Source: Leucoraja ocellata (Eukaryota). From it: a DNA stretch of 64,000 nt. The translations under genes were made by a program, and so were the position numbers. Shown in pieces: positions 50,429 to 63,017 of the stretch (positions are counted from its first letter, which is position 1; every line of letters starts with the position of its first letter). A model generated the notes under the pieces. That model ran no database searches, was not told the DNA's origin, and saw nothing but the letters and a program-made list of their open reading frames with translations. Location of the stretch: assembly GCA_036785375.1 (NCBI GenBank), contig JAWMAR010000391.1:1178001-1242000 (forward strand), written 5' to 3'.

Positions 50429-53221
50429 GTAAGAACAGGTTATTTAAAGTGCAGCTTGAGTGCAAGGTAATGATTTCTCTCGTCAATAAGTTAAATCTGC
50501 ATTGAAGATGTTTGAGTAGGTGTAGATTTCACAATTTTAACATCAATTCATAACTTAATTTATTAAATACTGTACCCATTTATTGAGATTAAAAGACAAT
50601 TGCTTTATTATTCTAACAACAGATACTTTACCTTTGACATTCAAACTAATGGTAATTCTGTACACATTGAATTATAAGGATCTTTGAATTGACAACTTTT
50701 TAAGATGATTGACCAAAACTGAAGCTAAGCATAATGAATGCTTGAAAACCGATTTATAAGCAATCAAAAAAAAAACCTTGTTTGTAAATTCACTGTTATT
50801 GAGGTGAATGTGACAGCTATGCCAAGCTTCACTCCCAGAGCTGACCTGAATACAGATTTATATATTTTCTCCCTTTGTTCTGGGTCACCGAGCATAACAA
50901 AACATTGCCTCTATTGGTCCTATTGTTTAGTTTGATGTTATGCTAAAACCACTGCTTTCTACCGGTATATTTCTTCAGGCTAAGTTCTTGGCAATAAATA
51001 CAAATGTCTGTTTTATGCAGATTCAAATACACTTGCTTATTTCCTAATGGACACCCTGTTTTATTCCTGTCATTTCTAACTTCTGGGAGCTTATGAACAT
51101 TTATTTCTAAAAAAAAGCAACGTGACCTCTGAATTGCCACAGTGTACTTCAAAAGTAGGGGAGTTGTTAAGTTGTTAGTATTATGTCAGGATGCTTTGCC
51201 TAGCTGCTTGAATGACTCCCATGCTGAGTTATCGACACCTTGGTTGGTGCCAAAGCTTATGGCAGGTAATGTTGATATTTCTTATAGTTTTATATTTGCA
51301 TATATTCTTACACCAGAGGGAGTCTTTTGATCCACTAAGTCTAATAAGGCTTGTGGATCAAAAGGCTTTAAAAACAATCATATTAATCCCACTCTCCCAC
51401 TTGGATCCCTGTAACCTATTCTATTTTACGAGCTACCTATAATAGGGCTATTTTACAGTTGCCAATTAATGTTACATCCAAACACTGGGTTTGGAAGAAA
51501 ACTACAGTATTCGTGTGGGGAACCCTGTCGTCACAGGGAGAACATGCAAATTCCACACAAACAGCACCAGACGTCAAAATCAGACCCTGGTCACGGGAGC
51601 TGTGAGACAGATGCACTACCTGTCACATCTCTATGTTACTCTGTTGAGGAAGTTTAGTTAGAAAAGTACACAGGAAATAAAAGATACACTTGCAGTCTAA
51701 AGAAGGATCCTGACCCAAAACATTTTCTGTCCATTTTCCTCCACAGATGCTGCCCTACCGGCTGAGTTCCTCCAGCACTTTGTTTTTTACTCAGCATCTT
51801 GGCTACCCCAGCTTATCTCATCTTATGAACAAATTGGTTGAAGTGGACAAATATTTTGTAATATGCTCTAAATTGCTGATCTTATGCTTTTTTTTTAGTG
51901 ATCTATCGTTTCAGTCCTATAATCTTCCAACCTCATCCACTTAACGTATCCATCCCTTTGCTCTCACACCCAACTAATAAATGTCATGCCTTTGTTTACA
52001 AATGATCTTGGTGCATTTGCATCGTAATAATTGCTGTGCTGTTTCCCATCAAGCCCCAGGGATCCATCGTGCATTGGAAAACCTTGTGCTGTCAACTTCG
52101 GCACTTTGCAATTTGTTCCAATAATCCACTAGCCGTTTCATATTAATTTTGAAATTTCCCTTTGAAACTTACTTTTGAGACCTATCTATCTTGGTCCGCT
52201 TCACCTAACTTGTCTATTAAGCCAGCCACTGTGTAGTTTGATACTTCAAATCTTCAAATCTGTAATTATAATTCACTCCAACCACCATCACCACAACAAC
52301 CCCTTCAAATCTTTTAGAGGGCAAAGTAAACCACTGGAGGAAGGAAATTCCTTTCCTCAATGGATGTGCTGCTTTGTTGCTTATAAAAAAAAAGTTGTCA
52401 AATATTTGCTCCCATGCAAATTTGTAGTAAGATATTTAGTCTAAATATTTTTTCTTGTATTATTGCTGTTTCTTAAAGAGCATTTTGTATGTAAGGTGAA
52501 AAGGGGGAAACATTTCCAGATTTCTACATTAAAAAAGAAATCAAAGAGGCTGGTTAAATAATAATAATAATAAACTTTGTTACGGACTCGAGGTCCAGAC
52601 AACATATAAAATACATATAAAATCTTAGTATATCACATAAAAGCATCATAAATTATATTAAAAAACACAATACATGAGTTAAAAATCCAGATTAAAAGAA
52701 GGATCAATGTCCTACAATGAGACAACGATACCAGTGTCTCCACAGCTGGGATTCGTAGCGTGCAGTGCTAACCCTTATGTTTGACAAGGCCACAATAATT
52801 ACATTTTTAGAGTCATGTATCCTGCAAATGAATTTATCTAGTCGTTTTTTTTTTGCAGTGGTGTGCACATAAGTATCCCTTTATTCTCTTCTGAATGACT
52901 GGCTTCTAAAAGGTCTGGTTCACAGTCGACTAATACAATGACAACCTGATCCAACATGTTACACATAATCTTCATTAATCTCTTTCATGGAGTGTTGGGT
53001 TAGGTTTGGAATCAAATAGAAGTGGAGTCTTTTTTTCCCCCTTCATATCGCTTTTTATAAAAGGTAGGAGCAGAAATAGGTCATTCGGTCCATCGAGGCA
53101 GCTCATGGCATATCTTTGTATTGTTTCATTAACTTGTCATAAATCTTTAATAATCATAGATGCACTATAATGCACAGATTATAAGAGGACTTATAATCTT
53201 TATAATGTTTTTCTATTTTAG

Positions 53222-53467
53222 TATCTGCATTGGAAGGAAGCATGAATGAATCGAGTAGCGATGAAACCAGTGGTAATTCCAGCCCAACTCTGCGGAGACG
53301 ACGCATTCGAAAAAGAACCCTATCTTCTTCTGAAGCAGAGGAAAAACCAGAGGAGGATGTGGTGGATGGAGAACAGCAGCAGCAGCATCGATTCAATACC
53401 ACTCTGAATAAATGCATTTTACTTGCACTGGTTATCGCTTTCAGCATGGGATTTGGGCACTTCTATG
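53222..53467 (+). CDS. CCPG1: CCPG1 coding exon 5 (basic patch and transmembrane helix)
   Basis: (V)SALEGSMNESSSDETSGNSSPTLRRRRIRKRT...[21 protein letters not shown](G), matching CCPG1 [22 protein letters not shown]. 246 nt; donor G|GTAAGT. Confidence 0.94.
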
Positions 53468-53569
53468 GTAAGTTCAACTTGTTACTTTGTCTGTGCATAG
53501 CTCCTTCTTCCATATAGTTGGTGCCTCAAGGTGCTTCTCAGAAGAGAAAATGGGAAGAGAAAGAAATTG

Positions 53570-56352
53570 TTAAGATTAAAATTTAAACTAGAGAGACAGT
53601 AGGATGGGCACCAGAGTATTAGGTTAGAAATTGGAGAGAGTTATAGGAAGGTAGAGGTTAGGACCAATAAGTCTTAAAAGGAAGGATAGGCAGGGAGAAG
53701 CAGGGATTGGAAAGAATATGGAGATGCTGAAAAGCTGAAGTGTGTTTATTTCAATGCAAGGAATATTGCAGAGAAAATGACTAACTTAAGAGCCTAGGTT
53801 AGTGCTTCAGACAATGATGTTGTAGCCATTGCAAAAACGTGGTTGCAAGAGGGACATGACTGGCAGCTCAATGTTCTGGCATTTCGTCGTTTCAGCCGTG
53901 ATCGAGAGGGAGGCAAAGAGGTGGAGGATTTGCAGGAAGACTTTCATGTCAACACTTAGAGGAACTGGAGAGTTTATCCGCTGAGGCAGTATGGGTAGAG
54001 CTTATAAATAAGGAAGGTGCAAGCACACTAATGTGATTGTACTATATGCCCCCCAATAGCAAGAGGGAGACGGGGGAACGGATATGCAAACAAATTATGG
54101 AAAGATGCAAAAGCAACAGGGCCTTGGATGGGGCACAATATGTGAGGTGTATCAAAGAGTTTCTTGAAACAGTATGTGGATAGCCTAACCTGACAAGGGA
54201 AAATATCGGACCTTGAGTTGGCAAATGAGCCTAGCCAGGTGACTGGTGTTTTAGTGGAAGAGCCTTTTGGGTATACTGATCACAACTCCATTACTTTTAT
54301 GATTTTTTTGAATCTGGAGTAGCTGAAACTAGCATGTGTTAAATTACCTAAATTGGAGTAAGGTAAACTACAATTTTATAGGGCAGGAGTTCTGGTGAGT
54401 ACACTGGGAGCAATTGCTATTGGGCAAGTCTATATCTGACGTGGGAGTCATTTAAGACCAGTTGGTCGAAATTCAGAACCGGCATGTTCCAGTAAGGAGG
54501 ATATATTTTGTCAAAAGGGGCCATGAAATGCCTTTGGCGAGTTGGATTAAAGAAAATCCCACTGCTTTTTATACCTATATTACAAACAAGATGGTAATCA
54601 TGTAGAAAGTAGGACCGTTCAAGGATCAAGAAGGGAATTTGTGCGAGGTGTCTGGGGAGGGAGGTGAGGTACTAAATGGGTACTTTGTATCGCTTTTTAC
54701 CAATAAAAAGACTTGCAGGGTAGTGTGATAAGTGCAGAGAATAGATTAATTGGGCTCCGTAAATTGCCCCTAGTGTGTTGGGATGCGAAAGTGAGATAAT
54801 ATAGAACTAGTGTAAATGGGTGATAGATGATTGCCGTGGACTGGATTGGCCAATAGGCATGTTTCCATGCTGGGTTTTTTTTCCTATCAACTTTTTAATC
54901 AATATTAATATTCAAGGGCATCTTGAGATTAAGGTGGTGATGTTAGTGTGCTTAAACCATTAAAGTGGTTAAATAACTAGGACCTGATATATCCTAGATT
55001 ATTGAGAGAGGCAAGAGAGGAAATTGCAGAAGCCTTGACGAAGATCTTTGCATCTTCTCTAGCCAGAAGTGACATACTGGAGGACTGGAGAGTAACTAAT
55101 GTTGTTCCTTTATTTAAGTAGGGAAAATCCAGGGAATTATAGGTCAGTGAGCCTCAAGTCAGTAGTTTTTGCTTTTGGAGAAGCTTTTGGAGAAGATTGT
55201 TTGGGATAGGATTTACTCGGAATATAGATCAGCTACAGAAACAGCTGAGGAAATGGCAGATGGACTTTAATCTGAGCAAGTGTGAGGAATGATATGGGGG
55301 CTTTGGAAAGGGTGCAGAGGCAGTTTACCTGGATCAGAGGGTATTCGGTTCAGGGAGGGGTTGGGCGGTCATGGTGGCGCAGCAATAGAGTTACTGCCTT
55401 GCAGCGAATGCAGCACCGGAGACCCAGGTTCGATCCCGACTACGGGTGCTGTCTGTACAGAGTTTGAACGTTCTCCCCGTGACCTGCGTGGTTTTCCCCG
55501 AGATCCTCGGTTTCCTCCCACACTCCAAAGACGTACAGGTCACAGCTTAAGGATAAGGGGGAAATCCTTTAAAACCGAGATGAGAAGAACTTTTTTCACA
55601 CAGAGAGTGGTGAATCTCTGGAACTCTCTGCCACAGTGGGTAGTTGAGGCCAGTTCATTGACTATATTTAAGAGGGAGTTAGATGTGGCCCTTGTGGCTA
55701 AGAGGATCAGGGGGTATGGAGAGAAGGCAGGTACGGGATACTGAGTTGGATGATCATATTGAATGGCGGTGCAGGCTCGAAGGGCCGAATGGCCTACTCC
55801 TGCACCTAATTTCTATGTTTCTATGTTTGTAGGTTAATTGGCTTGGTAAATATAAGCATTGTCCCTAGTGGCTGCAGGATAGTGTTAATGTGCGGGGGGA
55901 TCGCTGGTCGGTGTGGACCCAGTGGGCTGAAGGGCCTGTTTCCGTGCAGTATCTCTTATAACTAAACTAAAACCTGGATTGTTTTCTCTGGAATGCCTGA
56001 GGTTGTGGGGAGACCTTATAGAGGGATATAAATTGAAAGGCATAGCTAGTGGAGACAGAATCTTTTTCTCTGGATGGGAAAAATCAAATACTAGCTTTAA
56101 GGTATGAGGGGCTAAGTTTAAAGGATATCTGTGGGGCAAGTTTTTATTTTCACACAGAGGGTGGTGAGTGCCTGGAACGCACTGCCAACGTTGGTGGTTG
56201 GCTGATATGTAAGTAGAATTTCAGAGACTGGATATGCAAGGAATGGAGGGATATGGATTATGTACAGGTAAATAAGACGTGGGCTTGACGTCGTGTTCGA
56301 CACCGACATTGTGGGCCGAAGGGCCTGTTCTTGTGCTGCACTATTCTATGTT
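53570..56352 (+). mobile_element. Fragmented CR1 LINE (endonuclease to 3' end) with nested SINEs and a younger CR1 3' end
   Basis: FNARNI, EAVWVEL and YMPPNS endonuclease-like remnants; EDWRVTNVVPLFK and NPGNYRSVSL RT-proximal motifs; tail GGGCCGAAGGGCCTGTT...CTATTCTATG. Confidence 0.8.
55363..55952 (+). mobile_element. HE1-like SINE interrupted by a CR1 3' end (about 55536-55826)
   Basis: GGTGGCGCAGCAATAGAG head, GGTTCGATCCC B-box, core sequence, inserted GHSLRIRG...LWNSLPQ with a (TTTCTATG)2 tail, then the SINE tail (AAACT)n. Confidence 0.85.
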
Positions 56353-56813
56353 CAACGTTTTGAAAAGGGTTTTGAAAGCAGAGAATTAAAGATGAATGGA
56401 GAGAGGTTTAGTGTAAACTCAGTTGAATACTTTTACAAAGTGAATTGAGGGAGCGGGAAATAGAGAAATTGTACTGTAGCCTTGGATAGTTCAGTCTTGT
56501 TGCATTAGTTTGCTATTCATTTCTTAAGTTTATGGTATCACTGACTGAGCTAATGCAAACTATTGTTTTTGATTCTGCTACATTCTTTTCGGCGACCATT
56601 ATAACCTCTGCTCCCTGTCCACCTAGGAAGTATGAGAGCTATATTTAAAAATTACTTAAGATAGACACAAAAAGCTGGAGTAACTCATTACCTTGTTAGT
56701 TCAATGAGAACGCTGGAAATAAGACAACATTATGGTTTGTAAAAGCGTATGCAGAAGGCACTCATTGTTTAGAGGTAGGATTGGTATGACTTGTCAGAGA
56801 GAACTATACTGTA

Positions 56814-57353
56814 CAGTAAACTCTCGTTTTGACAGACCTTTTTATAATGGATTTCAGTTATAGCAGTCGACCTACCGACGGCTGCCTTGGCTCACACAGC
56901 CTCCCCTGCCGCTTGCCTACAGACCGGGCTGTCCATGTCACCCCTGGCCCCCACCCGCTCTCCAGCTGCTTCCAGGTGTTTGCTGCTACCGCCGACCTGT
57001 GTTACGACTGCCTACAGGCCACGACCATTGACTCCACCGATCCCCGCCCCTCCCCTGGCCGCCAGCAGGCCAGGGCCGTCAACTCACTTGGATTCCAGAC
57101 CCTGTTCCAGACTGCGAGTCTGAAGAAAGGTCTCGAAACGAAAAGTCACTTATCCATGTTCTCCAGAGATGCTGCCTGACCTGCTGAGTTACTCTGGCAC
57201 TTTGGGTTCTTTTGTGTATTAACCAGCAACTGCAGTTTTTGGTTCTACTACTTATGCAATGATAATATCATACTTGGTTATAGCCGACATTCAGCAGTAA
57301 CGGACAGCATTCCGCCCCCCCTCCCCATGGTCCATTATAACAAGGGTTTGCTG
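56814..57353. mobile_element. Tc1/mariner (Tigger-like) non-autonomous element containing a Penelope-like repeat (about 57118-57250)
   Basis: TA|CAGTAAACTCTCGTT...AACAAGGGTTTGCTG|TA, i.e. imperfect TIRs with TA on both sides. Confidence 0.65.
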
Positions 57354-57784
57354 TATTTTGTTATGTCTCAGCTGTCGTTGGTTACCAAAATGAATACCCA
57401 TCATGAGGAATTTAAAAATGTAGAAGTGAAAGTTAGACTACAAACTGGTGTGCAGAGGACTTGTTATTTTTTTCCTTGGTTCTTGAAGCCATCTGTTGGC
57501 GTATGCTTGTTTTATTACCGATAGGTCACATAAAGAGAAAAGGCAATGAAAATGCATGCTTTCAGAACACATTACCACCTTTCAATCCTGAGATTAAACA
57601 GTAAATTGAACTGCCAACTGTCACGTGCTCATTCTTACGAATTTGGGGAAATGAGCTTCCAGACCTCCCATGCGTGTGTTATTGATGTAATGCATTTGGT
57701 TTAAAGGCCAGTCTGGTGTGAAGTAACGTACAGTTTTTTTGTTCTGTATTGTGGCTTATGGTTAGTTTTTTATGTTTTTTTCAG

Positions 57785-57796
57785 GTGAATTTGAAG
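57785..57796 (+). CDS. CCPG1: Candidate 12-nt CCPG1 microexon (GEFE)
   Basis: Long U-rich tract, then TCAG|GTGAATTTGAAG|GTAAGA. Frame-preserving in phase 1. Confidence 0.55.
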
Positions 57797-58607
57797 GTAA
57801 GAATGGCAGTGAGTACAACAACCAAAGCCATAAGAATTGTGTGGAAATATTTTATCAAATTTACATGCATTGCACTGGTTACTAGAGACTCTGAACCTGC
57901 CTTGACACTGCAAGCTTTATTGCTCTAAATTCTCTCAGATTGTAAATGCCAAGATAGTCTTAGTTTTGTATATTTTAAAGGAAAATTGGTAATTTGCTTT
58001 TATTGAAAGCTGTTTAAGTACATGTAGTACAGAAGTTGTAACTCATGTCATACAACATGGAAACAAGACCAATGGTCCACCAGCTCTGCCCATCAACTAC
58101 CCATCTGCACCAATTCCTATTTTCTTCTCATGCATTCCCTTCAACAACCCCTAGATTCTACTATTCACTTGCACGCTTAGGTCAATTTATAGTGACAAAT
58201 TATCCTGGGATCTGGGATATGAAAGGAAACTGGACAACCTAAGGAAACTCACAGTCTCATAGGGCGAGTGTACAAACTCCACATAGTCAGAATGAAACCT
58301 GGGTGCTGGAACTGTGAAATGACAGCTCTATTAGCTTCACCATTGCCACTGCTGTTTTTATTTGTAGATTTCATTTTTATTTGTGTATGTTTGGAGAAAA
58401 CAAACAATGTACTAAAAATGTTTTGAATACTAGCATTTTTGTGATGCTGTTTCTGGGTTTATGAAGATTTTTAATGCACCCTTCACAAAAGGAAATCTCA
58501 GTTTTCAACTTAATAGCAACTGGAACAGGTGTGATCAGGTCTAAATCCCAACACTTCGAAGCATCAAAGTGCTTCATCAAGTGTACTAAATACAGGATTG
58601 TCTACTT

Positions 58608-58905
58608 TTAGTTTAGTTTAGCAATACAGCTCGGAAACAGGCCCACCCAGTCTGCGCCAACCAGCGATCCCCGTACACTAACACTACCCTAGAGACAATT
58701 TACAGTTTTTACCGAAGCCAATTAACCTACAAACCTGTACGTCTTTGGAGTGTGGGAGCTCCCGAGGAAAACTGGAGCTCCCGAGGAAAACCCACGTGGT
58801 CACAGGGAGAACGTGCAAACTCCATACAGACAGCACCCATAGTCAGGATCGATCACGGGTGTCTGGGCTGTAAGGCAGCAACTCTACATCTGCCACGTGG
58901 CGCCC
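58608..58905 (-). mobile_element. HE1-like SINE
   Basis: (TTTAG)n tail, GGAGAACGTGCAAACTCCATACAGACAGCACCC core, and an internal GGAGCTCCCGAGGAAAA duplication. Confidence 0.85.
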
Positions 58906-60249
58906 ATGTTTTGTTTTAACAATAATATGGTTTTAACGATACGTTTCCATTTGAGCTAACGATAATGCGTGCAGTAGTTAAGACAAGGTTTCTTCATATT
59001 GAAATTTGGATTTGAGTCAGCAGCATTCAGAGCATGTGCAATTTGGTTTAATATTGGTTGGCTATGTAAACTAAATGCCCCTAACACTTTTTTCAATTTC
59101 CATTGTTTCAGCATGTACATATTTATTGAAATTCGTTGGTGCAATGTACAACATTTAGAATCTTTTATTTCTTGTAGCATGCAAAAAATCTTGATCGTTA
59201 GATTGCAATTTTGATGCTAAGTTTTGATCATTTACTTTAAATATATATGCATGAACGTTTAGAAAAAATGTGCTTTGGTGAATGCAAAAATACAATGCAT
59301 GACCTTTAAGAATGGAAAATGCTTTTGAACATTTGCATTACTTTTTTTTTTGGGGGGGGGGGAGGAGAGAGTGAAAATGAACTTGAAATATCCAAGTACA
59401 AATAATATAAGCATGGACCAATATAATATTCCTGTCCACTATGTTTCACTTGGATTTATTGCATATGTTTTTATCGTTTGAAAGTCTTTGTATAATTTTA
59501 TTGTGACATCCCTAATTGAGGTTTGTTAAGCTGTTTATAGAAATGGAAAGGTATACCTATTCAATGAAACCCTACACATAAGCTACAATGTGAATCAGTG
59601 CATGCTCAGAAAAGATGTATGCCAAGAAGAGAAAATGTCTGAACTGTCTAAAACGATCTTTATATTGTTGTTTTAATTGTTTGAACACACATTTGGGTTT
59701 GTCATAGTTGTAAGGATAATTTATTTTGTTTATATATCGTATATCCTCCACATTGAGTTGCATTTGCCATATCTAAATACTCGTCCAACTAATCATCGTC
59801 TCTTTTGTGGGCACAATTACAAATAATAGCAAGCTAAATATATATTGATATTTCATTTTGGTAATCAAATATAGAAGCAGTGAAATAGAATACATTATAA
59901 ATGGTAAATCATCAAATCCACGAATGAAATGCCACGTTATTAAAATGTGATCCATAGGTCATGTTTTACAATGCCACACCATTCGAAATCCCCTTATGGC
60001 TGTTTACCTTTGATCATCAAACAGGGCCAGAATGTGAAGTGTAATGGTAAATGAAGCTGCACTGCCACACTTTCAGTTGTCTGTCATGTTGCCTAAGGCA
60101 GTAGTGTCTGTTTATATGTGTATACACACATAGCTGATTGTAAACCTGCGCATGTACTTGCATTTTTTAGTATTTGTATCGTCTCTGTTGAAATACATGC
60201 ATTTGGGGTTGAGACTAACCTGCGAATTTAATACTTGATCCCTGTTTAG

Positions 60250-60288
60250 GAGACTTTCAAGATGGCAGCCAGTTGCCTCTGAAGAGGG
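60250..60288 (+). CDS. CCPG1: Candidate 39-nt CCPG1 cassette exon (GDFQDGSQLPLKR)
   Basis: Branch-point-like ACTAAC at 60214-60219, TTTAG acceptor, GGG|GTGAGA donor. Open and frame-preserving in phase 1. Confidence 0.4.
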
Positions 60289-62746
60289 GTGAGACGAAGC
60301 TCATTTGAAATAATGGGGAGTATGAGAAGGCCATCCTTGCTCTTGATAGCCCCCATTAAACTTTTTCTTTAAAAAAAAAAAATGCTTTAAAATGTATATT
60401 TTAAGTTTATACTTAGAATTTCAAAAAGATAGAGTACATATGGGGATTGCTTATTACTTGGAACAATACTAAGTTAGTGCTCTTAACTGTACACTTTTAC
60501 ACTCAATTCCGCTCGCACTTCTGGCTTGTTAATTTTCACCTTAATGAAGTGATCTCTCTCTGGTGTAGCAATATTTAACTACTGCACTGGTTCTCCCCCA
60601 GCAATTTGAATTCATGCTCACATTATAGACACTCGTGAAGATCAGCTTTTTAAAAAACATGTTCTCCAATGTATATAAAGTTGTGGCTCTTTTGATTTGT
60701 GCACTTCATGTATACCAGAAGCTGGTATTGATTGGCCATTTCTTTATTAAATAAGCCTCTTGAAATTAGTCGAAGATGCTTCTGGCTCAAGAGAACCAAC
60801 TAGGATCCTCTATCTGTGCGCTATATTGTTGAAATATTTCTGAATAGAGGATACTTTTTACATTATTTTGGTTTCTTTTGAACTAAAAGTAACTCGTTCG
60901 AAAAGAATATACACAGTAGTCAGTGCTAAATTAGGAAAGATAATGATCAAACTGATGCGGCCTAAATTCACTTGTCTCCAATATTCCTAATTTTTTATGT
61001 TATTACATATTATACTTTTTATGTTCCCATTTATTTCCTTGCCCTGTGCTTCAATAATTGTTGTTAGCTCTATGGGGTAAGGCTAAATCTGGCACTCCTT
61101 CGGTTTTATGCATCTGAAAACCAATTTCAGATCTTCTAGGCTACATGGCTTTGAGCTTTGTCTAAGGATATTTTTGTTCATTAGACGATCAAGAAAACTG
61201 CCGAACTGTTCTGATCCTCAATTGCAGATATAATCTAAATGCAGTTCTTGCTTGAACTTGTGAATTATTTGTTTAGGTTTATTTGTGAGTTGATACTTCA
61301 CTGTATTGGCCATTTACTTTGTGCATGTCCACTGAATCTCTTTTCCTCAACATGCCAGTGTGAGTGACACTAAATCTGAGGAAAATGTATCTGCATTATT
61401 GAATTGAATCAGACAACGGCATGTATACACAAAAAATGATTGTTCAGTAGTTACTGTTGAGGTGACTTTTCCAGGTGTCACCAATTTATTTGAAATTTCA
61501 AGAGCTACAAGTGAAAATTTGAACATCAAGATGGGTTTTGTAAAAACAAGATTATACTTGCATTTTCAAATGCCATGCAAACCTTCAACTATTGCTCTCC
61601 CATGTAAATATAACAATATTTAGAGGACCCAACTGGCTACATTAATAAGCATTAAAAAATAATCAGGCACAACAGTGCTATGAACTAATGCTTAAAAAAA
61701 TTAAGAGCAGGGATGAGAAGTTTGCCTCCTGGGTTATCTCTTTTGAAAGTGGACCAAAGGGTTTAGTTGGTGGCTGCCTGGAAATTGGCAGTAGAAAATA
61801 TAAATTAAATTGACTGAAAAAAAAGTGTTGTTTACATTGGGAGAAACTACATGAATTAAGGTGCTTCTTTTCAAAACAAAAAACGAATATTTAAAAATCA
61901 AGAGAAAAAGAACACAATTTTTGTAAATTCTAGTTTAAAAAATTGAGCGAGCATAGGGGAGCATGTGATTGGATGGATTTTACCTTTGCCAGTTAAGACA
62001 TTATGTACGGGGAAAATTGGTTCTCCTCCTCAGAGGACCACACGGCAGTTGTAATAGTGTTGTACCTAAAATTTAAGTAAAGAAAATTGGATAAGTGAGT
62101 AGTTTTGAATGTAATTTTGTGTACATATACTAATTAATAGGATTTTGTCAATCTAAAGTAAAACAATGTTGGCAACTTTCTGGAAATCCGGCCTCATCTG
62201 CAGAGTTGCTTTTTCATCCTGTGAATAATTTAAAGCACTTTCGTGTTTGTAGCTTAATATTGGCCTGCTCATTGTTTTAGTGGGTCATCGCTTTATTTCT
62301 AGACTTGGATGATCTGCAAAAGTGAAAGCTCAAAGAAAATTGCTTTATTCTTGCAAAATCTTTTTTAACTCGTGGAAATGATCATTTGTTAATGTGCAAA
62401 ACATGTACATTTATGTGCACAAAATAGGGTAAACATTCATTTTCAATTGAAGCTGAAGAAAGTGAAGAGTTGAATGCTTGTTTAAAGTATAAATGAAATG
62501 ACTGCTACAGCTAATGAAATATCAACCGTCACATTTATATAAAGGACTCTTTAGAAAAGTGTGGTTATAGATATTCTTTTGGTTGTATTACTGCATTGAT
62601 ATCACAAATCATTATCTAATCACTTACATGTGTATAGTAAATCTTCCATATTTATCAAGTAACCATCCAGTAATGCACTGGTAAGATAATATCCAAAAGT
62701 CTTTTTTTGATAGTGCGATGGTACGTTTTGTTTTGGATAATTGCAG

Positions 62747-62868
62747 GGACGACCCAAATACAAGAACTGCAGAAAATGGTAAAAAGAATCCATGAAGAAG
62801 AACTGAATGATATGAAGGATGATCTCTTTCAGTGCCAAAATGATCAAGACTCCTATGCGGACAGTATG
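62747..62868 (+). CDS. CCPG1: CCPG1 coding exon 6 (start of luminal region); gene continues beyond window
   Basis: (G)TTQIQELQKMVKRIHEEELNDMKDDLFQCQNDQDSYADSM versus human GTIQIQKRQQLVRKIHEDELNDMKDYLSQCQ. TTGCAG acceptor, ATG|GTAGGT donor; 122 nt. Confidence 0.92.
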
Positions 62869-62915
62869 GTAGGTCATTAAATCATTGTTTCACGGACACA
62901 AGGCCTACCTTGTGT

Positions 62916-63017
62916 AATTTTATTGGGAGATTATTTATTTTGGCTGGGAAGGAGGGACACAAGGCTTACCTTGTGTCCCTCCTTCCCAACCAAAATAAAT
63001 AATCTCCCAATAAAATT
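62916..63017. repeat. Near-perfect inverted repeat (49-bp arms, 4-nt loop)
   Basis: Arms 62916-62964 and 62969-63017 are complementary at 48/49 positions; loop CTTA. Confidence 0.95.

Noticed and set aside
53176-53199. 10-bp hairpin upstream of the CCPG1 TM-exon acceptor
   Set aside because: AT-rich and short, so compatible with chance.
50429-62746. miR-628 homologue (hosted in a human CCPG1 intron)
   Set aside because: No matching hairpin recognised; I recall this miRNA as mammal-restricted.
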